60,278 bases of DNA, taken from positions 1-60,278 of the forward strand of contig JYFJ02002240.1 of the NCBI GenBank assembly GCA_000934665.2, given 5' to 3'. This stretch comes from Catajapyx aquilonaris (taxonomy: Eukaryota). A program made the position numbers and the translations under genes. This document shows, one piece after another, positions 1 to 9,859 of the stretch (its first letter is position 1; every line of letters begins with the position of its first letter). The notes below the pieces were generated by a model. It ran no database searches. It saw only the letters and a list, made by a program, of their open reading frames with translations, and was not told the origin of the DNA.

Positions 1-192
1 AAGCAGGTGGATTTAACACACATCTCCCCTTCTAATCATATACTATCAAATGATCATCGTCACAGGTGAAGGGATCCACATGAGGGGACTAACCGTAAGT
101 AGTGCACACATAAATGTTTTTGCAAAATCGGGGCAGGATGTCGTAAAAATATAAATTCCCCTCAAGGGTACTGAGAGGGTACCGTTTCTTCC

Positions 193-212
193 TGTGTGTG
201 TGTGTGTGTGTG
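193..212 (+). repeat. (TG)10 microsatellite
   Basis: Direct reading. Confidence 0.9.
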
Positions 213-1982
213 CGTGTGCAAGTCAGTGTGTGTTAGGCCGCAACCACATCCTTTTTGCCACCAGGTTTCGATGCTGCTGCTGTTGCGTTTGCATTTCCCG
301 AGCAAGAGGCGTAGTTTGTAGTGTTGTGTTGCTTCATTTGGAAGGGGGCATGAGTTTCTTAGTGAGTACAGAGGGGTTGTCCCCCAAGTGGAGTGAGTCG
401 AAGGAAGATTACTCGGAATGTGACATGTGATTTCCGTTTGCGGTCTTGTACTCGGAAAAGAAAAGAAAAAACCAACAAAAAAAGAGTATATAATTGAGGC
501 CATATAGTCGGAATCGTAATCTTTGAGATACGCATGTTGTTAGTTCAACCAACCGTCTTCAGTATACAGGGTGGTGCATTCGCCAAATTTGGACTTGCAT
601 GTTGCCAAATTTCCTTAAGCAAGTCAGATAAGTCTGGACCTAATTTCACGAATTGAAGTGGGTACATCCTTTTGCAATCAGTCGTGAGTACTTATTTTCC
701 AAGGTTGTAATGTCATTTTTCAGCCGATTGTTTGACTTGTATTGTAAATTTTCCAACGGAGCTTCCACAGTCTGTGGTTACCTGTGCAGTGTACCAACCT
801 GTAGATAACTGTTCGAAATGGAAAAAAAAAAGTTATGATGAGCATGTGATGGACTTTGATATAGTGCGAATGGTGCACCGGAAATTGAGCGTAACGTTTC
901 TCGCTTGCGGCCACATCTGTGTCAAGGTGAACGATGTAACTCGGGCTTTGAATTTTTTTCGCATGGCTCACCTTTTTTTTACGTACATATTGGCGTGGGC
1001 GGAAACAAAGAATAGAGTTGCTGGAAAAAAGGGGGTGATTCAGCTGGAAGATATGCTGAGATTCAGTTAGAAGATGTGCATGCGGTGGGCTAGACGGACG
1101 GTAATTTTTCTGATTTTTGTGCGTGTGCAGTGTGGAGGGTACTGAAGGAAAAAAAGTGCGTGAAAACCAGTCGCACTAGTTCCCATTACGGTGCTGGCTA
1201 CTACGGAATGCCATTGAATTTTTGAGAGGACCGGTCTTCTTTCTGTAGGGGGTCGAGCCTTTTTGCTGGATGCGTTTTGCTATGGGGACGTTCACCTATG
1301 GATGAGCTCCAGAAGAAGCGAGCTCCAAGAGAGAGAAAAAAAAAGTGTCAAGTCGCAATTTGGGTGTCAACTTCAGAGAGCGATGAACCGCCTAATATTA
1401 TGAGGGTCATATCATCTTTCTGCGTAGTGCCCCGTAGCCAACTCTGGGCTATTGAAACTTCCTGCATCCGGATTGAGGCCTTCCGTCAGCTGTGGTTTCG
1501 TGTGCTCAAATAGAAACTGGACAGGGGAGTGGTAATGGGCACTTCCTATAGTGACGTCACGAATTGGGGAATTTGACAGGACATCTCTTGGCCAACTCAT
1601 GATTCTAAGTAACATGAGATATACATATGGAGAAAAAAAAAAGCACTCGACTCTCTGAATATTTTTAGGCAAAGATAGAGGAGTGAGGGACTGTAAAAAG
1701 TTGGTTGGTAAAAAAATGCGGTGAATAGATGTATTGTGGTCTTCAGTCTGGAAGCCATGCACTTGTTGGCATGTGATAAATGGTCGTTAATTGTGTCTGA
1801 GTGTACAGAGCTGCAGAAATTTGGGTTGAAGCCAGGGTGTTGTTGGGCGGAGTGGAGCAGACGACAGTTGCATGCGAGATACAAGTGCAAGTGTCGGTCC
1901 GGTTCAAGGATGTGGCTTGTGGTGTGTTTGGGGATGCCATGTCCTGTGAATATTTTATTTAGAAATGGTTGGGACTTTGCAG

Positions 1983-2096
1983 GTTGAGTCCAAGAGCGGG
2001 ATGGTGGAGAAGTGGCGGAGGTCGTCCCTACGGAGGCTGTCCAATCGAAGGAGAAACCAAGGGAAATTTGAGGAAGACGCCGCTTCAGACACTGAG
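1983..2096 (+). CDS. Candidate alternative 5' or cassette exon of RGS12/loco (VESKSG-MVEKWRRSSLRRLSNRRRNQGKFEEDAASDTE)
   Basis: ctttgcag acceptor at 1981-1982, in-frame ATG at 2001, GAG|gtcagt donor at 2097; 114 nt, phase 0, matching the phase-0 acceptor at 3066. Confidence 0.55.
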
Positions 2097-2748
2097 GTCA
2101 GTAGAACTCTTTATTGCTGCTTTTTATAAGAATGTAAGACATATGGTAAACAGATATTTCAAGAAGTTTGAAAGGTCATGACCGTACTAACAGTAATGAT
2201 GCATCATTCTGAAGTCACGTTTAGCTTTTAAAAATTAGGAATGTATTTTTAAAGTAGCCCACGTTGATAGCCCAAAGTTTTTAATTGACAGAAAGCGACT
2301 GATGACATATGCAGAATATTGCCTTCGAATATTGAAGAGAGAGGGTTCACACCCTGTATGACCGAGATTACTATTGTTATGATTGTAGTGCTGAGTTATG
2401 CAGCATGCGATAAAGTATAGATAGGATCGAATGCATTGTTTTGTAATATAATTGCCCTGTCTGCTGATTAGCTAAAGTACAGCAACATCCTGGTCTTGAC
2501 AAAATATCACCGACAGAGAATGCAACAATGGTGACTGATGCAATTATGATCGCAGGCCTTCGTTCTCCCTCGTCGCTTAATTGAAGGACAGCATAATGCA
2601 GTGCTGGTTCTCTCTTGTCATAATAAGGTTAAGCGGAGGTTAATTGGCAGTGTCAGAATGACTTATACCGAGTTGGGCTAGGGCTTGAGATGCTAGCTAG
2701 GAAAATGTGCTGCACTATTTGTACACAGAGGGACTAATATTGTGTACT

Positions 2749-2781
2749 ATGCTCACCCTCCTGTGCTTCCTCAGGCATCAG
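2749..2781 (+). CDS. Candidate alternative first coding exon of RGS12/loco (MLTLLCFLRHQ)
   Basis: ATG at 2749, 11 codons, CAG|gtacgt donor at 2782 in phase 0 with the exon at 3066. Confidence 0.4.
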
Positions 2782-3065
2782 GTACGTCCTCTTCCTATTC
2801 ATTACGTTGTATTTTTTTGTTGTGGTTGCTGTTAAAGTGCTCCAGTTGCCAGTTAGCTTCCTGTGAAAGTTAGGGATCTCCTCTCTGTAGTGAGCCCACC
2901 AACCAAGTATGACTTCCTTTTTCATTAACTGTGTGGGAACTGGGTCACACAGACTACAATTGGAGAGAGGGAGGCAAAACCAGGTTGTGTAGGCAAGCTA
3001 ACCCATTCCAGTTTTGAGGAAGGAACACTTTGGCTGATTCTGTGTCTGTGATGTTGGTTTTGCAG

Positions 3066-3257
3066 GTTCAGGGTGGTGAGGACAACCCAGGGGTCGATGA
3101 GGAGGACGAGGAGGAGGAAGGCGGGAAGGAGGAAGGGAGGTCGTCGAGGGCCGGCAGCGTGGCCTCTGACCGCAGTGTTTCAAGCAGCAGGGTGGGCAGC
3201 TGGGCACTGGCATTGGAGAAGCTGCTGGGAGACCAGGCCGGGTTCCAAACTTTCTCT
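3066..3257 (+). CDS. loco: RGS12/loco exon: acidic linker and start of RGS domain
   Basis: ttttgcag acceptor at 3064-3065 and gtgagt donor at 3258; encodes VQGGED...[22 protein letters not shown]. An in-frame alternative acceptor at 3071 is possible. Confidence 0.88.
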
Positions 3258-6200
3258 GTGAGTGCTTTCTTATGCTGCTACTGACAACCAGATTCGCTTG
3301 AAATCACTGGAATTTCTATATCACGAGAGTGGGATACACTCAGATATGTTTTCCATTGACCTGAATCACGTAAATTGTAAGCCACTCGTGATCTGTCCGC
3401 ATTTACATGAAAAGACGAATGTGACGTCATTCCTTTTCAGGAAGAGGGAGGGGTCTCAGGCTCAGAAGGGCAAAAGTGCATGAAAATAGATCATGTATTA
3501 TATCCTTGCACGAATGAAAGGTGAGGGTCAGGAGATTGGCGGTGTTACTAGCCGTGGGCTCTCCTTGAAAGTAAAACGAAATCCCTGTCCACATGTTCTT
3601 CTTGGTGTCTCCTCCCACTTTCTGAAAAGGAGTGACGCCACATTTGTCATTTCACATACATTGCAGAGACAAGTTGTGTCAAAATATTGTGCTACTCATT
3701 AATGTCATTTCAATATGCAGATTTGACTGTTACAAGAGGAGAGAGTCGGGAGTGATTCTAGTGTGTCAGTAGGAACACACGCTTGTTGTTAGATAACAGT
3801 GAGATATTACCAGCCAATCACTGTCTGTTACAGTATTGTTGACTTCCACCATGTCAATAATCCAAGGTCATCATGGGATTTGTGCAACTAGGCTGCTTTA
3901 TGATTGAAACTGTTACGATGTACAGGGAAAGGTGATGATTTTGAGCATGTACCGTTGCATTTCCAGGAATTTCTGAAGAAGGAGTTCAGCCAGGAGAATA
4001 TCCTGTTCTGGGCTGCCTGTGAGCGTTACAGGAGCCTCTCTGACCTGACAGCCCGCAAAGAGGCTGCCAGAGAGATATATGAGACTCACCTCTGCAGTGG
4101 GGCACACGAACCTGTCAACATTGATGCATATGCAAGGCAGGTGACGCAAGAGCAGCTTGACAATCCAGTGGAAGATTTGTTCGATCAGGTAACCACGTAT
4201 TGTTATTTGTCAAAATATGGCAGATAGATTTCATCACCTGACATTCTAGGTGACACTATTACATATACTATTGTGACGAATACTAATGCATGTGTGATTC
4301 TGACATTTCCGTATTAATAGCAATTAATTGGCTTCACCTGGTGTTGTAACATTGTTTGTAGTAGATCGAGCTGATGACGTAACTTGCAGAATTCTTTAGT
4401 TTTGACATTATTTACTTGCTCATGACTCAGGCGCAGAAGCAGATCTTCAACCTGATGAAGTTTGACAGCTACCCACGTTTCTTGAAGTCTGACCTTTACA
4501 AGAACTGTCTAATGAAGGACCTGGCAGGTCAGCCCCTTCCTATTGGAGAAGATCCTGCTGTGCACGCAGCTGAAGGTGACCCTGGATCTACTCATGCTAA
4601 GGTAACTTGAGCTCTTAATTTTTTAAACCCTCAAGACGACAACTTTGCACAAGAAACGTTATGCATTAAGAACTAAATAGTGTTAAAAATTGCCTGCCAT
4701 TTTCTCAAACAACAACGCAACTATTTGTGCAGCTTTCTTTGTGAACTGATATCAGTAAGGCCATTTGCTCGTCTTTGAACGCTTGCATTGTCTAGCGTTG
4801 AAAGCGCGATATTTTTGAGTGATAACAAAATTAAGCGGAATGGTTGTCAACAGATAATAATCCATAGAAAAACAGGCGTTCTGGTTTTTTAAGTTCATCT
4901 GAGTGTAGTCAGAGGAAGTGTTTTAGATAAGAATTTCCAAGCCACCTTTTTTTTATCAATTTTTAGTATTTTTAAATGATAATGGTCACACTATCATTTG
5001 CCATTCACAAGAAGTGATGTATGTTGAAACAAACTGCATGCACTATTTTATCTGACATTATTAACTGTGTCTCCTAATACGTGAACCATTTCCTGTTTAA
5101 CCAGCTGAAAAAGAGCAAGAGTGATGCTGAGGAACGGCGCAAGTCTCTTCTTCCATGGCATCGTAAAAATCGTTCCAAATCCAAGGACCGTGGGGAAGCT
5201 GAATATCGACGCTCTTCAAAGTCAAAGAAGAAGGACAAAGACAAAGATGATTCAAGTTCTGTACGCAGTGACCTGTCCAGCAGTCGTACCTCCTTAGCCA
5301 GCTGTGACCTGGCTGCCATGCAACAGAAGGCTTTGTCGAGGGAATCCCTAAGCTCGTCACAGTTCAGTGACAGCGAATCATGTCCGTTGTCACGGATCAT
5401 ACTACCAAACAAATCAACTACTGTGGTCCAGACTAAATCAGGCGAGACAATCCAAGAGCTACTCACGCGGTTGCTGGAACGGAGAGGGCTGAAGTACGGA
5501 GCTATTGAGGCGTACATCGTGGGGCAACCGCGCCCATTGGATCTGCAGTCAGATTCGACTGCAATTGCACGCAAGGAGGTCAGGGTTGAACGACGGGTCT
5601 TATTTAAGGTTGAGCTGCCCAACAGGAAGACGGTTGGTATTAAGGCGAGTTCTGACAAGATCTTCGGAGAGGTTTTGAGGCCTGTCCTGGTGAAATATGG
5701 GTACCGGTGGGATGGGGTGAAGGTTGAGAGGGTTGGGGGAGGGGAGGTGGTGGACAGGGAAGGTGACGTTGGACAGGTGGATGGGGAAAGGCTCCGAGTG
5801 ATTGTGGGAGAGGGAGGGCCCACACTGGACGAGATCACCAACCGAGTGTTTGAGGACCTCCTGAGAGGGAAGGCTGACCGAGTTGGGAAGGCAGATCGCA
5901 TCAAAGAATGCTGGGATGTCGACAGTGGATCGAAAGTAAGTGAACAGTTTGGTATGCTTCTTGTTGACATGTACATCATCTAAGCGACAATGGTGTTGAT
6001 ATTTTCTGCTTTTTCAGACTGATGATAGAAGTTCAGGCCACTCTTCAGGACTCCTTGGCGGCATACTCCGCCGCAGCTCAACACACTTTGAGCGACCGTC
6101 GCTTGAGCCCAAGCCCAAGAAACATCCAAAGCCACGACCTGCTGAAGGTGGCAACCTGTGTGACCTGCATGAAGTGCTGAAGCGTGCCCAAGAAAGCCGC

Positions 6201-6686
6201 CTGGAGGACCAGCGTGGAACAGAGATAAATTTCGAACTTCCCGAGTTCCTTCAAGACTCGGACAAACCAGTGATACACACCACACGCACTTTTGTGTCGG
6301 ATGGTGTGTTGCCATCGCCTCAGAGGGCTACCCGGTACTTTTCTTGCCCCTGGGGTGATACATCTTCCTCCTCTTCTTCCTCTACTTCTTCCTTGCCCAA
6401 GTACAAGTCTTCTCCCAACACAACTCTAGTTGGGACAGACCCCAACGCCACATTGACCCCAGGTACAGCGGTGTCCACTGCTTTCCTTGCCCTGTCCCCA
6501 ACCCCTCCTCCGCCCCCTCCTCCGAGGCCCCACCCGCCTCCACCTTTACCCCCTAAGCCAAAAGGTTTGCCGCCTCCGTTGCCCCCACCGTCGGCCAACG
6601 ATGTGCTTAAGAACTGTCGCACCAGGAAGGCCATCTATATGGGGCATCCTGTTGGGGATGTTGGATATACCATGAGTTTCGTTTAA
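3066..6686 (+). CDS. loco: Regulator of G-protein signalling, R12 family (RGS12/RGS14, Drosophila loco-like); 5'-partial, join(3066..3257,3967..4188,4431..4601,5105..5935,6018..6686), 694 aa in these exons
   Basis: All four introns are GT-AG and phase 0. The joined translation gives an RGS box ([39 protein letters not shown]...[23 protein letters not shown]), two tandem Ras-binding domains ([12 protein letters not shown]..., [17 protein letters not shown]...), a GoLoco motif ([18 protein letters not shown]), a Pro-rich tail and C-terminal MSFV. The RGS+RBD+RBD+GoLoco order is diagnostic of RGS12/14/loco. Confidence 0.93.
3967..4188 (+). CDS. loco: RGS12/loco exon: RGS domain core
   Basis: tttccag acceptor and gtaacc donor; [19 protein letters not shown]...EIYETHL...PVNID. 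Confidence 0.93.
4431..4601 (+). CDS. loco: RGS12/loco exon: end of RGS domain
   Basis: actcag acceptor and gtaact donor; [23 protein letters not shown]. Confidence 0.93.
5105..5935 (+). CDS. loco: RGS12/loco exon: tandem Ras-binding domains
   Basis: aaccag acceptor and gtaagt donor; 277 codons including RRKSLLPW and two RBD-like repeats. Confidence 0.92.
6018..6686 (+). CDS. loco: RGS12/loco last coding exon: GoLoco motif and Pro-rich tail
   Basis: ttttcag acceptor; ...[23 protein letters not shown]...YTMSFV then TAA. Confidence 0.92.
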   Translation, partial: TDDRSSGHSSGLLGGILRRSSTHFERPSLEPKPKKHPKPRPAEGGNLCDLHEVLKRAQESRLEDQRGTEINFELPEFLQDSDKPVIHTTRTFVSDGVLPSPQRATRYFSCPWGDTSSSSSSSTSSLPKYKSSPNTTLVGTDPNATLTPGTAVSTAFLALSPTPPPPPPPRPHPPPPLPPKPKGLPPPLPPPSANDVLKNCRTRKAIYMGHPVGDVGYTMSFV

Positions 6687-7670
6687 TTAATATTATTAAG
6701 GGAGGCATGGGAAGATGTACAGTGGTTTGTACAGTGCCATTTTTCCAGTGAGTAATAGATTGCTTTGTATTAAAATGGTTGGTTTATTTTGAATGCGAGT
6801 AACCTCTCTCGTGGTATTGGTACTTAGCCCTGAAAAGGTGGGCTGTGAGAATGTGTTGGGAAGTCTGTAGTCCAGTTGGCAGTGAAAGAAAATGTTGCTT
6901 CATGTTTCAGCCAAGCAGACCACGAGCGGAATGAGGTAACCTTCTCCCACTTTAATCCAGGATTTCTGCTGCAATAAGTAGCGTACTTTATAACGCTGGC
7001 GAAAAATATGTTCGAATGTTATTTGGTTTCCTGACTTACTCATATCTCGTATCAATGCTCTGCAAATGTGCGAGTCTTGTCCTCCTTGTGTGAAGTTTAA
7101 GTAAATTTAGGATCAGTTGCACAAACACAAATTAAGGATAAAATTTCTGAGTACGTCAGACTTTGTATTGTGAATGCCTATTTGTAATCGTAGGTTCTTT
7201 CATAATTTGATAACATGAAAGTGGCCCACAGCATACAGAATTTTATAAGGTCCTGTTTGCACTGGCATGGGATTCAGAAGATTAATCCTTAACGTATCTG
7301 ATCAGTTCGATGGTGTGGCGCAATTGTTGGCAAAGCTTTATAGGAACGATCTTTGCCATTCTTTGCTGTGTCGCAGCAAAATTGAAGTGTCCGTTGTCTT
7401 TCTCAGTCTAAGGGCGTACTCTTTCATCTCAAGGCATGATTGAATGAAGGTACTGAAGATCTCTTGTAATGCTTCAACAAGTGCTAAAGGTACCTGAATC
7501 ACCTATTTTATCTTCCTGGCCCATACCTGCTCTTAATCACTTCACATGCAAAACTAATACGCTTTACACGACCAGATTAACTCATGTTCATTACAGGAAG
7601 GTTTCACACCATTTAAAAGAACTTTAAAACAGGGTAAAATAAATATTCCCTTCATTAGGTTATGCAAATA

Positions 7671-8466
7671 TTACAACAATGGCTGAATTGCATTAAAAAG
7701 GGCTTCAGGAGAAGGCTTTGTTGCAACTGCTGCCACGTCAACCCCAGCTTTCCGAAGGGCAGCCTCGGTGGTGGGTCCTAACGCCACAAACTTCACGCCA
7801 CTTGGACGGCACTTCTGCAGCACGGGTAACCCATATTCAACACCTGACGGGCTGTAAAACACTGCCACCAAGTTGCCTTCAGACTTTAACCGCTCCAACT
7901 CTGTATGCAAATCAGGATGCGGCTTAGTAACATATGCAGTTACGTCCTTTAAGGCGATCCCATTCTGGGCTAGCCGACACGGGAGAGATTCAGTCTTGAG
8001 ATTACTACATGGGAACAGGATAGGCTTTTGCGACGGAGTTGAAGCGTTAATGATCATCTGCGCCAGAGCATTAGACGTGCCGGACTCTTCACCTGCACCA
8101 TCCAGCCCCAGCTTGGACGCCGCCACCTTTGTCGCCTGCCCAACGACAAACGTCCTGTTGGATGCCCACAGCGGTTGGAGCCGACCCCACTCAGCATCAC
8201 CAGCCAGACGCACAGCCTCCACTGCTCTAGGGCTGGTGAACACAATCCCTGAAATTTTGGACAGGTCAGTCATGCCGTTGCATCTCGTACTCATACAAAC
8301 AGTAACCGTAAAAGTCCTGCGGATTCCTCAGGTCCTCCAGCAGCTGATGGGAGTTGACAAACTCAAAGTCCAGGACCGGGATGCATCTGCATCTGACTCC
8401 TTTGCCCTCCAGAAGGGTCACATAAGCAGCTCCTGTGTCAGCTATGAACAAAACCACCAAGCTCAT
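7671..8466 (-). CDS. UROS: Uroporphyrinogen-III synthase (HemD/UROS), complement(join(7671..8248,8307..8466)), 245 aa
   Basis: A 58-nt phase-1 intron (8249..8306, gttact...tttcag) joins two ORFs into MSLVVLF...IPVLDFEF...PQDFYGIVFTSPRAVEAV...FVVGQAT...ILFPCSNL...VTAYVT...VFYSPSGV...FVALGPTT...KPSPEAL, the characteristic UROS/HemD motifs. Confidence 0.93.
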
Positions 8467-8891
8467 CCTAAGAGGAAGGTCGACACATACAAATCATGAA
8501 CTGATGGTATCCTCCAAAGTACATCCAACTGCCAACAGATGGTGATAGGAACAGCAAGCTCTCGGATATATATGAATCATATTTATCCGAGAGAGAGTAA
8601 TTTTTTTCTTGCACAGACCATTACATTCCATACTCAAGAGACGACAACTTTGGAGACTTGGACCCAAGAGCAATAAATATGCAAAATATGCCCTGCACTT
8701 TTTTGCTTCAGGAACATATCTTTTTTATCGTCTCAACTCCCATTTCTTCTTGCAAGAAGTTATCTGTAAGCTACAATGTAATATTTTAAAATATGTGTTG
8801 CCAAATCCGAGTTTTAATTTGCTAAAAAGCAACACTTCACACGACAAATTCATAAGTCGCTTTAAATCTGCAAATTTTGAGAAAATAATTA

Positions 8892-8980
8892 TAGGGCCGA
8901 CATCTGCAATTTTTCTGATTTTTCTCCCGTTTGAGTCAACTCAATGAGAAAAATCATAAAAATTGCAGATGTCGGCTCTA
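8892..8980. repeat. Short inverted repeat (35-bp arms), possible minimal MITE
   Basis: TAGGGCCGACATCTGCAATTTTTCTGATTTTTCTC (8892-8926) matches the reverse complement of 8946-8980 at 33/35; both ends are TA. Confidence 0.8.
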
Positions 8981-9697
8981 GGGTCATTATCAAAACCAGG
9001 CTATCTCATGTTGTCAAAAGTAATTATGGGTATTTTTTTTTGGTTACAGGCATCAACTTAAATTCGTATTTCCAATATATGGAACATTTTCAGACCTCGT
9101 GTTCACCTCCCATTGGGCACGGTCCTGTAAAATTACTCACTAAATTAAGTTGAATTTCCTGTTTTTTGAAGTGTCTGGTTTTAATAATGATGTACTCAAT
9201 TATAATTCCAATTTTTCCTATTATAGTTGAGGTGTAATGCACCTGTGATTCCATAAGTAATCACTGGCTGATTCGAAATCAGTGATTTATATTCACCCGT
9301 GCAAGTAGCTGTAATAACGACTATCAAACCCCTCCCGAAATGAAAGCAGCTGTAAATTGAGACCTGTGCTCCATGGGGGTGGGTTCCATCCATAAACCTT
9401 CCTCACCCACCGCCAACCGCCCACATTAAAAACCGCCCCGAAAACTGAGTCCAGTCGCCTCTCGAAAGGCAAAGCCTTCAGTCGAGCCTGGAGATCCATA
9501 CGAGCTGGTCCTGTTGTTCACACGCTCATTTTGATTCACATACATACATCCAGAGACATATGCAATTAAGGGTCATGGAGTGGGCAGGAGAAGGAAGAGA
9601 GGTCACCTGGTGGCGGGTCAGGTGGGGAGGTCACATCATTACGTGACCTGCTGTTTTTTTTGAGTGATGTTTGGTGTGGAGTTGTAGGGGGGTTGAC

Positions 9698-9859
9698 ATG
9701 AGCCAGGATCAGACGGAGGTCAAAGGTCAGCAGCAAGGGACGAGCAGCAGGCTGGACGCGGCCAAGACGGCGCTGGCCAAATGGGACAAGGTCAAGGGGA
9801 CCATGGGCCATGTGGTGCTCTATGTCATGCTGGTCATATACACAGCAGCAGGAGCCAAG
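9698..9859 (+). CDS. K2P channel coding exon 1 (N-terminus, M1)
   Basis: ATG at 9698 and AAG|gtcagt donor; hydrophobic M1 ending YTAAGAK continues into VFQELE. Confidence 0.82.

Noticed and set aside
5074..5979. 301-aa minus-strand ORF
   Set aside because: Antisense shadow of the RGS12/loco RBD exon; no recognisable protein
7671..8466. UROS as a frameshifted pseudogene or horizontally acquired bacterial hemD
   Set aside because: A phase-compatible 58-nt GT-AG intron resolves the frame change, and the motifs resemble animal UROS
7873..8499. 208-aa plus-strand ORF
   Set aside because: Antisense shadow of UROS
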